Shown: piece after piece, positions 20,513-30,671 of the stretch
Numbering within the stretch: position 1 is the first letter of the stretch
How the letters are laid out: every line of letters starts with the position of its first letter
DNA from: Christensenellales bacterium
GTDB taxonomy: Bacteria; Bacillota; Clostridia; Christensenellales; UBA3700
Direction of reading: 5' to 3'
Length of the DNA stretch: 64,000 bases
Assembly (NCBI GenBank): GCA_051883415.1
Contig: JBJETR010000072.1
Coordinates: 8,506-72,505, forward strand
The notes under the pieces: model-generated
What the model was told of the DNA's origin: nothing
The model's input: the letters and a program-made list of their open reading frames with translations, nothing else
The model's database searches: none
Translations under genes and position numbers: made by a program

Positions 20513-22681
20513 TTAATTATTGTAATATTCCTTCTTAATTGCACGTCTATTGGCTTTGAGGTCTTTCTTAACTTGTTCCATAGTATCTGCGTACTCTTTG
20601 CACAAATCAGGGAAGACGTCTGCTCTCTGGTAGCTCTCGGAAGTATCGTCCGTCAGGCACATAAACCAATTCTTTCTTACCTTATCAAAGAACTCAGGGT
20701 TGTCGTTCTTGTATTGCTTGATATACTTCCAAGTCAAGGTCTCGTTGTCTTTGATAAAAGGTATCTCTGCATAATCGGCTTCGTTGCCCGTCTGTATCTT
20801 GTGGTCGGTCGTTGCAGTGTATCCCACTACGCTTTCCAGCACGTGTTCTCTGGTCACGGTGTATTGTATAGCTTGCACCACTTCTCTCTTCATGTGGAGG
20901 ATAGGGTTGTCTTGACCGTGGATAAACACTGTACCCGTGGTATCCTCGAGCAAAGGCATCATGGACACGCCGTCTATCTCTCTATCCACGTCGCTTGGCA
21001 TATACACGGCTTTAGCGGCGTTGTCGCCCACCTTGCCGGTAATTCCGCACGCTTCAACTAGGGTAGGATACAAGTCTACGAGAGTGGCAATTTGTTCTAC
21101 CGTCTTAGCCGTACCTGCCGTGCCACTGCTAAATCTACCTTGGGTGTCGCCGTCCCAACGGATATAGAATGGTAGCTTTTGACCTGCGTTGTATGCGGAA
21201 TACTTACCGCCTCTCAGCTCGTTGGTAGAGCCTTGCAATGCAGGACCGTTGTCGGAGGTAAATACGATGATGGTATCGTCCAATGCACCCTTGCTTTCGA
21301 GCATATTGAACAGCTTGCCGAGGTATGCGTCAAATTCCGTTACGCAGTCGGCGTAGATGCCCGCACCCGTACTACCTTGGTAGTCGTAGCCCGCATATAC
21401 AGGGGCGTGTGGCCATGGCGTAGCGTAGTATGCAAAGAATTGTTCGTTGCTGTCGATTCTGTCTTCTATCCAGCTAGAAATTTCACTATGTATTAGTCCC
21501 GTAGCGCTGCTTTGGTCGAGTTTCTCCGTGCCTTGTACTATCTCGTAACTACCGTTAGTCTCTACCGAATGATAAAAAGGCGTCATATCGTTGACGTGGT
21601 GTGAACCGTAGAAGTAATCGAAGCCTTGGTTGGTTGGCAAATATTGACCGTAGTCCCCGAGGTGCCACTTGCCGAAGCAACCCGTAGCGTAGCCTGCCGC
21701 CTTAAATGTCTCTGCCATAGTAACTTCGTCGCCGAGCATACCGTCTACGTTGGCACCGAGCTCAATGGAGTTGAATACTCTGGTCGAAGCAAGAGGGGTA
21801 AAGGTGTTGACAGTCGGATACATTACGTTGTCGGCATATCCTCTATACGGATATCTACCCGTCATGAGCGCAAATCTCGCAGGCGAGCAAACGCTGTAAG
21901 AAGAATAGAAGTTGTCAAAGTCTGTTCCGTTGAGCGCAATACTGTCGATATTAGGCGTCTCGAATGCAGGAGTCATACCTGCCTTGCGTGCATTGTAGCT
22001 GGTATCGCCGTAGCCGAGGTCGTCCATAAGGATAATAAGCACGTTAGGTCCGTTTTCTTTTTTGTTGACGTTGTCGAGGTATTCCTTTTCGCCCTTGCTC
22101 ATATCGAATACTCTAGGGTTAGATCTGAGGTTGGTGGTAAACACGAAGAGCACGCTCATACCAACGAGAGCAACGGATACGCTACTTGTGATAGCAGTCT
22201 TGAGCTTGCCGCTACATCTAGCCTTATCCACTATGAGATACATAGCGAGCAAAAGCAAAAATGCCGGTCCGCAAATAATTATATTGCCGACGAGTCTGGT
22301 CCAGAAATTGCCTTCACCTTGCCACAATGGATGTTCCCCACTGACAAATCCCGTATGTCCGTTGTCAATCAAAGCTCCCCAACCTGCGTCTGCACCGTTA
22401 AAAATAAAGTATGTAGCAATGCCGAAGCTTACTGCAACGTAACCCAACAGATACCATAGGTATAGCTTTCTTTTGACGATTACGCCAATGCTTATGAGCA
22501 CAGAGCTTGCAATCATATAGATTGCACCGATGAGAACGATAATGTTAAGACCAATTATCCATTGCAATAGCATCAACACGGCGCCTATGCTAAACATAAG
22601 CAAAGGCAAAACCTTTTTTGCTTTGTCGATTTCTACCGCACGATAGGTCTTTTGCTGAATATTATCCATATTCTCTTGCAT
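20513..22681 (-). CDS. Cys-type (formylglycine) sulfatase with N-terminal multi-TM domain
   Basis: DDLGYGD, CSPARFALMTGRY, GKWHLG, SDNG; about 5 hydrophobic helices before the catalytic domain. Confidence 0.9.
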   Translation of the reverse strand: MQENMDNIQQKTYRAVEIDKAKKVLPLLMFSIGAVLMLLQWIIGLNIIVLIGAIYMIASSVLISIGVIVKRKLYLWYLLGYVAVSFGIATYFIFNGADAGWGALIDNGHTGFVSGEHPLWQGEGNFWTRLVGNIIICGPAFLLLLAMYLIVDKARCSGKLKTAITSSVSVALVGMSVLFVFTTNLRSNPRVFDMSKGEKEYLDNVNKKENGPNVLIILMDDLGYGDTSYNARKAGMTPAFETPNIDSIALNGTDFDNFYSSYSVCSPARFALMTGRYPYRGYADNVMYPTVNTFTPLASTRVFNSIELGANVDGMLGDEVTMAETFKAAGYATGCFGKWHLGDYGQYLPTNQGFDYFYGSHHVNDMTPFYHSVETNGSYEIVQGTEKLDQSSATGLIHSEISSWIEDRIDSNEQFFAYYATPWPHAPVYAGYDYQGSTGAGIYADCVTEFDAYLGKLFNMLESKGALDDTIIVFTSDNGPALQGSTNELRGGKYSAYNAGQKLPFYIRWDGDTQGRFSSGTAGTAKTVEQIATLVDLYPTLVEACGITGKVGDNAAKAVYMPSDVDREIDGVSMMPLLEDTTGTVFIHGQDNPILHMKREVVQAIQYTVTREHVLESVVGYTATTDHKIQTGNEADYAEIPFIKDNETLTWKYIKQYKNDNPEFFDKVRKNWFMCLTDDTSESYQRADVFPDLCKEYADTMEQVKKDLKANRRAIKKEYYNN

Positions 22682-22830
22682 AATTCCCTCCTGCAATATT
22701 TGTTTAATTTTGATAATTATATCATATAATATATCGAAAATCAAGATATAATTATTATAATAGTTAAATAACAAGGCTTTACATACCTCTAGGTTTATGT
22801 TATAATCATTTCGTAGGTAACAATCTTATT

Positions 22831-24270
22831 ATGGAACAAAGTAAGTCAATAACTTTTATCGACGCTAAGGCGTCCACGATAGAACAAGGTTTTTATAGCA
22901 ATACATTTATCGCATTGGTGGTCGTATTATCGGCTTTTGGTTTTATAATAGAATCGGCGTTTGGTTTCAGAAACGGTATCGCACTCTTTGCAATGGGCAC
23001 GCTCATCATTCTTATGTCGGCGGCACTTATTTTTTGCGAAGATGCCACTCCGTCTTTTGTCATCTTTAGTTTTATTTGTATGATGCCACTAGGATTTTAC
23101 GGTGCACACATGGAAGATTTTTTCCACATGTGGTGGGTTGCTCTATTCCTCATTCCATCCTTTATCGTGCATATGATACTCTATCCCGCTCCAAGAATCA
23201 AAGCCGACACTATGTTTTGGGCAATCGCTCTCTACGCCATAGCTTTACTTTTGGGTGGCGTTGGATTTATAAGCGCCCACGACTATTTCAAGATTTCATC
23301 TCTTTACTACGTCATTCTACTAGGTCCCGGCATGCTTTGCTTCTATATTTTCTACCAAACATACGTCACTCGAGACGTTGCCGCCAACGTAGATTATTTT
23401 GCTAGGGCAATGGTAGGTTTAGGGATAACTATCATACTTATATGGATATCTCAATACTTTGTAGAGCATATGGCAGGCAGACCTGTAGGCATATTTTTCC
23501 CTTACCGTCAATTCAAGAACAATCTTGGCAATTATACCTTGCTCTCCATGCCGTTTGCATTCTATCTTGCTATCAAGAGAAGAGGGTTCAAATCGGCGAT
23601 ATTGTTTTTGATAGGACTGCTGCAATACATAGCAATAATATTGTCTGCGTGTCGAGGGGGTACCGTTGCGGCAACGTTTGTATTGCCGTTTATGCTAGTA
23701 TACTCATTTGCCAAGTCAAACAAGAGCAATCGAATGATATATGCCGCTTTGATTTTTATCGTACTCCTCATAACAGGCATTTTGATTGCCATCAACTATC
23801 AAGCCGCATACGACAAGATTCTTTCTTTTATCCAATCGGGTTCTTCGGGTAGAGATATACTCTACGAAGAAGCTTGGCGCAACTTCCTATCCAACCCGAT
23901 CAACGGCGTAGGTATCGGTTATATCAACCCCAATCCATACAAACCTCAACAAGAGATGACCATGTATTGGTATCATTCCACGATATTGCAAGTCATTGCT
24001 TCTATGGGGATTATCGGACTTGTAGCTTGGCTCTTTATGACGATAGTTCGTCTTGGAGTTTTGCTCAAAAAGGATGCTTTCAATATCTTTATGCTCCTTG
24101 CGTTTTTAGGTTTCGAAGCATACTCTATGGTCAATACGGGCGACTTTTCTCCACTACCTTTCACCACTATGCTCACCTTTATGTTTGTGCTGTGTGCAAA
24201 GCACAACGCAGCCAACGACCTTCCCCCTCTATTCAAACTCAAAAATAGAAAGGGGTTACAATCGGCATAG
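22831..24270 (+). CDS. O-antigen ligase / Wzy-family membrane protein
   Basis: Many TM helices; CRGG, SSGRDILY, PINGVGIG, YHSTILQ pattern. Confidence 0.75.
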   Translation: MEQSKSITFIDAKASTIEQGFYSNTFIALVVVLSAFGFIIESAFGFRNGIALFAMGTLIILMSAALIFCEDATPSFVIFSFICMMPLGFYGAHMEDFFHMWWVALFLIPSFIVHMILYPAPRIKADTMFWAIALYAIALLLGGVGFISAHDYFKISSLYYVILLGPGMLCFYIFYQTYVTRDVAANVDYFARAMVGLGITIILIWISQYFVEHMAGRPVGIFFPYRQFKNNLGNYTLLSMPFAFYLAIKRRGFKSAILFLIGLLQYIAIILSACRGGTVAATFVLPFMLVYSFAKSNKSNRMIYAALIFIVLLITGILIAINYQAAYDKILSFIQSGSSGRDILYEEAWRNFLSNPINGVGIGYINPNPYKPQQEMTMYWYHSTILQVIASMGIIGLVAWLFMTIVRLGVLLKKDAFNIFMLLAFLGFEAYSMVNTGDFSPLPFTTMLTFMFVLCAKHNAANDLPPLFKLKNRKGLQSA

Positions 24271-24367
24271 TATAATATCTAAACTTTGAAAGGGTATAGT
24301 ATAATTAGCTCGTTTCAAATAATAAGCTTTCAATCCGCAAAAATAACGCACGAATCACTCGTGCGTT

Positions 24368-25339
24368 TCATTCTTCTATTATAGAGTCGAACTCTTGTTT
24401 GTCGACGTCTAACAGCTCCAACAGCTTTTCTACGTCCAACACCTTTAGTTTGTTGTCGTCTTGTGCGAGAATCTTTTTGACGTTCTTACTCCTATCGCAT
24501 TCGTTTTGTCCTTTCAAGAAGTAGTCGCTCTTGCCGACTTTGGTGCAGTAAAATCCACCTCTACGTCTAATCTCTTCGACCAAGTATTTGGCTTTTTCAA
24601 AATGCGTTTCTTCAAAATCTTTACTTAGGCAAAAATATTTTTCCTTCACTTGTAAATTTTTTGGGAGCTTGCGGTCGATTTTGATTTTTCTCGCCATATC
24701 CAACAGCTTTTTAGAATTGCTTATCACCGAAAAGTTGTTGACTATGCTTCCGTCCTCATTGACGGTATAAAAAGCCGTCGGCAGCTTATCGAATATCCCT
24801 TGCACATCACACTCCGACTCTTTACACAACGCTTTCATCACCGACATGGTGAGATATGCGTCGTAATCGCTTCTATGAAGGTCGGTCACCTCTATGCCGT
24901 ACTTTTCGCACAATTTGCTCAGCGAGCTCTCGTTTTTTTCTTTGTGCAACAACTTGTACAATACTTGAGTATCGTAGGCGTTGTAACCAAACGCAGGCTT
25001 GCCGTAGCGCTTACATTCCGACAAAATAAAGTGTATGTCGTTGATGACGGAATGTCCAAAGACGATTTGGTCGGGGTAGGTCAACAAATTCTTGATAGTG
25101 GGATAATAATAATCAAAATCAGGTGAAGCCGTAAACATATCCAGAGGATAGCTTAGTTCTATATCCTCTCCCTCTTTGCGACGGTTCTTTAGATGAAATT
25201 TAGTCTTTGGATTGATAAGAATGTCCTTTTGCTCCAATATCTCAAAGTTATCATTGGTAATAACGTATCCAAAACTACAAATTTTGCCGTGTCCGTTAAA
25301 ACAATTGGCGCATTCTATGTCAAAAAATAAATATCTCAC
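24368..25339 (-). CDS. DEDDh 3'-5' exonuclease (DnaQ-like) with BRCT-like C-terminus
   Basis: FFDIEC, GHSVINDI, HRSDYDA; GTG start after AAGGAAGG. Confidence 0.8.
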   Translation of the reverse strand: MRYLFFDIECANCFNGHGKICSFGYVITNDNFEILEQKDILINPKTKFHLKNRRKEGEDIELSYPLDMFTASPDFDYYYPTIKNLLTYPDQIVFGHSVINDIHFILSECKRYGKPAFGYNAYDTQVLYKLLHKEKNESSLSKLCEKYGIEVTDLHRSDYDAYLTMSVMKALCKESECDVQGIFDKLPTAFYTVNEDGSIVNNFSVISNSKKLLDMARKIKIDRKLPKNLQVKEKYFCLSKDFEETHFEKAKYLVEEIRRRGGFYCTKVGKSDYFLKGQNECDRSKNVKKILAQDDNKLKVLDVEKLLELLDVDKQEFDSIIEE

Positions 25340-25406
25340 GGCTACCTTCCTTATGTCCTGCCACAAGTATATACTCTTTTGCCACATTTTTCAAGTGTAA
25401 AACTCA

Positions 25407-26498
25407 TTATTCTACATAAATTTTCTCAATTCTTCTTCCCAAACCGCTAAGTAGTTCGTACACACTCGTATCGCCATAGCTTGCAAGTTGTGCCAAATCC
25501 ACCTTGTCGCCCCACATTTGAGCCTCGTCGCCTACGGCAACGTCACTTACGTTGCTCACGTCCACCATACAAGTATCCATGCAAATTCTACCCACCACAG
25601 GTGCGTAAGTGCCGTTGATATACACCCGACCTTTGCCCGACAAGGTTAGAGGATAGCCGTCTGCATAACCTATAGCCAACGTTGCCAGCTTACTATCCTT
25701 GCTCGCAATCCACGCCCCGTCGTACCCCACTGCACATCCTGCGTCGACGTTGTGTAGAGATATAACTCTTGCGTACAAACACATAGCGGGCTTAAGCTCT
25801 CTACCATTCCTTTCGCCGTAGCCGTACGCTCCTAACCCTATTCTTACGGCGTTGCCCCAACTATTACAATCGTTTAAGGTGTCGTCGGTAGCGGAAAGAT
25901 GCAATATCCCGGTATCTATTCCCCTCCTGATAAGCCTCTGAGTCCATTGCCTCAATCTTTGTTTTTGCATACACGTATCGAGTTTTTGTCCCCTTTCGGT
26001 GGTATTGAGATGCGAAAATATCCCATATATTTTCACTCCCTTCGTTTGCGTTGCGCTCTCTACCACCTTAGTTGCACTCTCGCCAATTTCAGCACCTAAT
26101 CTATGCATATTACTATCGACGGCAATATTTATTTTTGCTACCTCGCCCATTGCCGTCGCAATTGTGCCTATACGCTCAATCGATTCGCAGTTCTCCACCG
26201 TCAATATCAACTTATGATATAGTGCTCTCTTGATGCTATCGACGTCGAGTATAGGCTGCAACACCAATATATCCTTGCCGATATCCGACTCGGCTAGTTC
26301 AATGCCTTCGTTGCAAGTCGCCACGCATAGCGCACACGCCTCGTCTTTGACTCTCCTGCTCACTTCAATAGCCCCATGACCGTAGGCGTTGGCTTTGACT
26401 ACAAGCATAAGATTGTCGACTTTCGCCTTTTCTTTTATTGCTTTGACGTTGTTTGCGATATGCGATAGGTTGATTCTCGCCCAGCATCTATCCTTCAT
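25407..26498 (-). CDS. alr: Alanine racemase
   Basis: VVKANAYGHG (PLP Lys), VGYDG (catalytic Tyr), GYADG, GRICMD. Confidence 0.92.
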   Translation of the reverse strand: MKDRCWARINLSHIANNVKAIKEKAKVDNLMLVVKANAYGHGAIEVSRRVKDEACALCVATCNEGIELAESDIGKDILVLQPILDVDSIKRALYHKLILTVENCESIERIGTIATAMGEVAKINIAVDSNMHRLGAEIGESATKVVESATQTKGVKIYGIFSHLNTTERGQKLDTCMQKQRLRQWTQRLIRRGIDTGILHLSATDDTLNDCNSWGNAVRIGLGAYGYGERNGRELKPAMCLYARVISLHNVDAGCAVGYDGAWIASKDSKLATLAIGYADGYPLTLSGKGRVYINGTYAPVVGRICMDTCMVDVSNVSDVAVGDEAQMWGDKVDLAQLASYGDTSVYELLSGLGRRIEKIYVE

Positions 26499-27324
26499 AT
26501 CCGCTCACCTTAGCGATTTGCTTTTGGATATACTCGACTATTTCCGTTGCCCTTCCGCCTACCTTCATTCCGTCAAGGCTAACGACTCTCATACAAGGCG
26601 CACCCGAACTGCACACGATTACCTCGTCGGCTTCGTATAATTCCGCAAGCCCGAAGTCAGTCTCCTGCACACACAATCCCATTTCTCTGCCAATTACGGC
26701 AATTTTTTCTCTACTCACCCCTCTTAGACAATATTGATCGCATATCGGGAATATCAATTTTCCACCCTTAATCAACCCAATACTGCTGTGACTACACTCT
26801 TTGACGATGCCGTCCCTTACCAATACGCACTCGTGGGCATTGCAATCGTCGGCGTATTTGCTTGCCATTACGTTGCTAAGCAAATTGAGTGACTTGACGT
26901 TGCAAAGTCCGTGTCTTACGTCGGGCATACTGACCAATCTGTAAGGTATACTCATATCCTTGACTCTCTGCTGACGTATCATAATCCATAGGTTGGGGCT
27001 CATATCGTCGGTGTATTCGTGCTTTCGCAGTCCACAACCTCTCGATATTTGCACGTAAACTTGTTGGTCGGGGCTATCTACCATCTGCACCAAATTTTCT
27101 ATTATTTGTTTTAGCTGTGCTTTGTCAAAGTCTGGCTTAATATCAATTATTTTGCATCCTTCCCACAGTCTATCCAAATGCTCGTCCAACGCATATATTT
27201 TTCGCCCGAACACGTAGGCGACCTCATACAATCCGTCGGCAAAATAACAAGCCCTATCCAACATAGGTACTTGCATGCTTTCCAGATCTCCTATTTGACC
27301 GTTATAATACCCGATATTCTTCAT
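26488..27324 (-). CDS. dat: Class IV aminotransferase (D-amino-acid aminotransferase-like)
   Basis: DRACYFADGLYEV, EHLDRL, VKSLNLL, LRGVSR; coupled to alr. Confidence 0.75.
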   Translation of the reverse strand: MKNIGYYNGQIGDLESMQVPMLDRACYFADGLYEVAYVFGRKIYALDEHLDRLWEGCKIIDIKPDFDKAQLKQIIENLVQMVDSPDQQVYVQISRGCGLRKHEYTDDMSPNLWIMIRQQRVKDMSIPYRLVSMPDVRHGLCNVKSLNLLSNVMASKYADDCNAHECVLVRDGIVKECSHSSIGLIKGGKLIFPICDQYCLRGVSREKIAVIGREMGLCVQETDFGLAELYEADEVIVCSSGAPCMRVVSLDGMKVGGRATEIVEYIQKQIAKVSGYEG

Positions 27325-27338
27325 ACAATCACCACAAT

Positions 27339-27367
27339 ATTATATGGCGACGTATGAGTTGATATGA
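27339..27367 (-). promoter_or_regulatory. Putative sigma-E (mother-cell) promoter for dat-alr
   Basis: Minus strand TCATATC-N14-CATATAAT, close to the sigma-E consensus. Confidence 0.55.
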
Positions 27368-27695
27368 ACTTTGAGCCCTAGCTTTGGGCGGTCTGCCAAC
27401 GCCAACAATTGTGTAGGACTATAGTAACGTGCTATATCATTAGACAAATTTTTGCAAAAAATTCGCTCCCTTGTTCTAGGAGCGAAGATATATTATTTTA
27501 GTTGTTGAGCGGCATTAACCTTTTGACTTGGCTTGGCTGCTGCTTTCTTTTTGGATTAAATTATAGACTTAAATTAATCTCGTTGTTTTACATAGTTTGT
27601 TCCATTTTGCTACTCCGCATATTCATGGCTAAATTATTCAATATAACATAGATATACTTGCTTATATCACAACATTCCGACAAGGGAGTTTGCAA

Positions 27696-28328
27696 TTAGT
27701 CGGACGCTCTCATTATTTTCTCGACGGTTTTCTTCGAATATTCGCAACCACAATAGTTTTGTCTATAAAATCCCATCTGAGAGCTAATCTCGCAAGACCT
27801 CTTGTATCCGTCTTTTTTCTTAAAGTCGTTGGGCAAATGCTTAACTGCGTATTTTGTTTCGCAAGCCTTGCCTATTTCGTTGAGTTTCTTACTATCCTTG
27901 TGAGGTGACACGGACAAGGTAGAAGCAAAATAATCGTAACCTTCTCTACGTGCCGTCTGAGCAGTATATGACAATCTCAGCGCATAGCACGCCATACATC
28001 TTTCTCCGCCTTCGGGGCAGTTTTCTCTACCCTCGGCTATTCTTTCAAAATCGGATTTTTGATGACCTGTATCGAGAAATTTGACTTTTCCGCCCCAACT
28101 TTTTACCAATCTCAGCACCTCGCTCTTCCTCAATTCGTACTCTCTTTCATCGGTAATGTTGGGATTGTAAAACAATAGAGTAACGTCAAAGGCTTCCGCC
28201 AATCTTTCCAGGCAGACGCCCGCGCACGGCGCACAACATATATGCAACAAAAGCCGAGGCTTTACGCCTCGCTTTTTGTTGTCCTCTATGACGTCACACA
28301 TTTGCTGATAAAAGTTTTGTTGCATCAA
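27696..28328 (-). CDS. queH: Epoxyqueuosine reductase QueH
   Basis: LLHICCAPC, FYNPNI, CMACYALRL, YRQNYCGC. Confidence 0.93.
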   Translation of the reverse strand: MMQQNFYQQMCDVIEDNKKRGVKPRLLLHICCAPCAGVCLERLAEAFDVTLLFYNPNITDEREYELRKSEVLRLVKSWGGKVKFLDTGHQKSDFERIAEGRENCPEGGERCMACYALRLSYTAQTARREGYDYFASTLSVSPHKDSKKLNEIGKACETKYAVKHLPNDFKKKDGYKRSCEISSQMGFYRQNYCGCEYSKKTVEKIMRASD

Positions 28329-29476
28329 TAAGCTTCTTCCAAAAGATTGATAATAAAAGAATAACTAAGCTCGTCTGACTTGACGTCGGCTGCCGCAATT
28401 GTTTCTTCGGCAATAGAAGCAAAGTCTGACTTAGATATATTGAAGTCACCAAGACGGCTGTTATAATTGACGGCTTCGTCTATCTCGTGATATATTGATT
28501 GGATTTTTTCGAGCACGGCTTGGGCGTCGTCCTTGCATTCAGAGTCTTCAAAGCATACTCTCAATTGCGCCAACACCTCTCTGTCCACGCCCGCACTCAC
28601 TATATAGTGACGGAACAGGATTGCCATTACGTTGGCTTGATTGGCTTTATATCTGTCGCTGATTACGTCGCTTAGCACCGCCAAAAAGTTCTTTTCTAGT
28701 TGATAATAACCACAGCCTGCAATCACCACCGCCGACATAATTTCTCTTCGGTGGTCTTTGTCCGCAACCTTCAAGATGCCTTTGACCAGATGCTCTTTCA
28801 ATATCTCAATCGCTGTCAAAGCATAAGGCTTGGTATACAAGCTGTCCCCGCTTTTCACGTAGCCGTCCACTGCCATTGCCAAAGCGTAGAGTCCGTACGA
28901 AGCCACGGCTTTCGGTGGGGTAATGTCGGTCATACGAGAGTCACACACAACCACGTCGCTTTGAGCGTACACACTGTCGAATTGGTATATCGTCTTGAAG
29001 TCGGGAGAATATATCCTCACTTTGTTCGAACATTCTATACCGCTGGCATAATTGGTTGGCACGACGAAGAGCGGAATCTTCTTGACCTCGATAGAACTCA
29101 ACTCTTTTCCCTCGTAGTCGGCAACGTTCAATTCGCCCTCGCACAATAAGATTTTGCTTATTTTACCTGCACTCATCACGGCTTTTTTGCCTAACAAAAT
29201 CAAGCAATCGCTATTGCTTTTGATAAATTCTTTGACTATTCTTTCGCAGTCGTTGGTAGTGGCGATATCGCCGATAGAGTGGTCGATATAGTTTATATCG
29301 GTGTCGGTGCCGTCAAAGGCTTTTAGCAAAATGCTCTTATAGCCCAATCTTCTCGCCATATCGTCGCAGACCAACATAGGCTTATCGCAGCCCGCTAGTC
29401 TAATCTCGTAGGCTAGGTTTTCCAATGACCTTTCACCTATAACAAATTTGATATTATTGTCGGAAATTTTGACCAT
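28325..29476 (-). CDS. Fe-containing alcohol dehydrogenase-fold protein, catalytic motifs lost
   Basis: Fold pattern retained (VPT...SGIE, C-terminal helical domain) but GGGS and the Asp/His metal ligands are absent. Confidence 0.7.
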   Translation of the reverse strand: MVKISDNNIKFVIGERSLENLAYEIRLAGCDKPMLVCDDMARRLGYKSILLKAFDGTDTDINYIDHSIGDIATTNDCERIVKEFIKSNSDCLILLGKKAVMSAGKISKILLCEGELNVADYEGKELSSIEVKKIPLFVVPTNYASGIECSNKVRIYSPDFKTIYQFDSVYAQSDVVVCDSRMTDITPPKAVASYGLYALAMAVDGYVKSGDSLYTKPYALTAIEILKEHLVKGILKVADKDHRREIMSAVVIAGCGYYQLEKNFLAVLSDVISDRYKANQANVMAILFRHYIVSAGVDREVLAQLRVCFEDSECKDDAQAVLEKIQSIYHEIDEAVNYNSRLGDFNISKSDFASIAEETIAAADVKSDELSYSFIINLLEEAY

Positions 29477-29483
29477 ATTCACC

Positions 29484-30671
29484 TCACCAGCACATTTCCA
29501 AAATCTTCATCATATCGCTCTTTTCGTACCATTTTGCACTAGTAAGCAAAGCGCTGTCGTTGCATGCCAGCTCCGCAATACGTTCTAGCGACTCTTTCTC
29601 TATTCCCATATCCTTCAATCTTCGTGGCAATTGGTATTTTTCCAACACGGCTTTGATAAAGTTGCACGACTTTTCTACAAAATATCCCGGACGTTTGTCC
29701 TCGTCGATTTGATGCCAAGCCTCTTGACGCACCATATACCTCAATATTGTTGCCAGGTCTTCCGCATCCTCCTCCAATCTCTCCGCAAGACATACGGGGA
29801 AGACTACCGCGAGCACCAGATTATGATAGGCTTTCGAACAAGCGCAAATAGCATTGGTAAGGGCATGACTTAGCCCGCCCATAGAACTAGCGAGTGCCAT
29901 ACCCGACAGTGCCGAACACTCTTGTATCTCAAGGTAGTTGCTTTCGCTCAGCGTGCCGTTGACGACAAAGTCGTCCAACACTTTGCTTAAGTTTTTGATA
30001 GAGAACAAGGCGTAGTTGTTGCTGATAGGATTATATCTCTTGTTGAGGTATGCTTCCACACTGTTTATAAACAATTCCATAGCGCCGAGCACGTATCTAT
30101 CGTCAGTCAAAGAGGAGACGAAAGTCGGATCGAGTATGCAAAAATCAGGCTGCATGATTTCTGAAGAAAACTCGTGCCTCGTCATATTGCGTTCGTCAAT
30201 TATGCTTGCCGTCTCTGCTATATCGCTACCTCCGCCCACGGTAGTAACCACCACGCCGAAAGGAATGTCGTCTTGTTTGCGAGCACAACCCGTGCCGCAC
30301 AGCTGAGAGATTTTTTTGGTCTTGGTCGCCACCATAAGCTTTAGACATTTGGCGGTGTTGATGACCGAACCGCCACCGCAAGCTATGATACTGTCGCAGC
30401 TATTGTCCTTAAATAGCGTATAAGCTTCTTCTATCGTATCCATCGAGGAGCCTCTAGGCACGTTGACGTAAGTAGCGTTGATTCTTAGGCGCGAGTTGGT
30501 TGCGATATTCTTTTTGATGACGTCGATGTAGCCGAGTTTTTTGATGTTGCGATCCGACACCACCAAGATATTTCTTGCGCCAAACAAAACCATCTCTTTT
30601 GCCAACTCGTCGATACTGCCTTTGCCTGTCAAAATCTTTACTTTGTTAGAAAACTGATAAAACTTGTTCAT
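29484..30671 (-). CDS. Fe-containing alcohol dehydrogenase family protein (partly degenerate)
   Basis: GGGSVINTAK, TTVGGGSD, ILDP, GLSHAL, YH. Confidence 0.8.
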   Translation of the reverse strand: MNKFYQFSNKVKILTGKGSIDELAKEMVLFGARNILVVSDRNIKKLGYIDVIKKNIATNSRLRINATYVNVPRGSSMDTIEEAYTLFKDNSCDSIIACGGGSVINTAKCLKLMVATKTKKISQLCGTGCARKQDDIPFGVVVTTVGGGSDIAETASIIDERNMTRHEFSSEIMQPDFCILDPTFVSSLTDDRYVLGAMELFINSVEAYLNKRYNPISNNYALFSIKNLSKVLDDFVVNGTLSESNYLEIQECSALSGMALASSMGGLSHALTNAICACSKAYHNLVLAVVFPVCLAERLEEDAEDLATILRYMVRQEAWHQIDEDKRPGYFVEKSCNFIKAVLEKYQLPRRLKDMGIEKESLERIAELACNDSALLTSAKWYEKSDMMKILEMCW

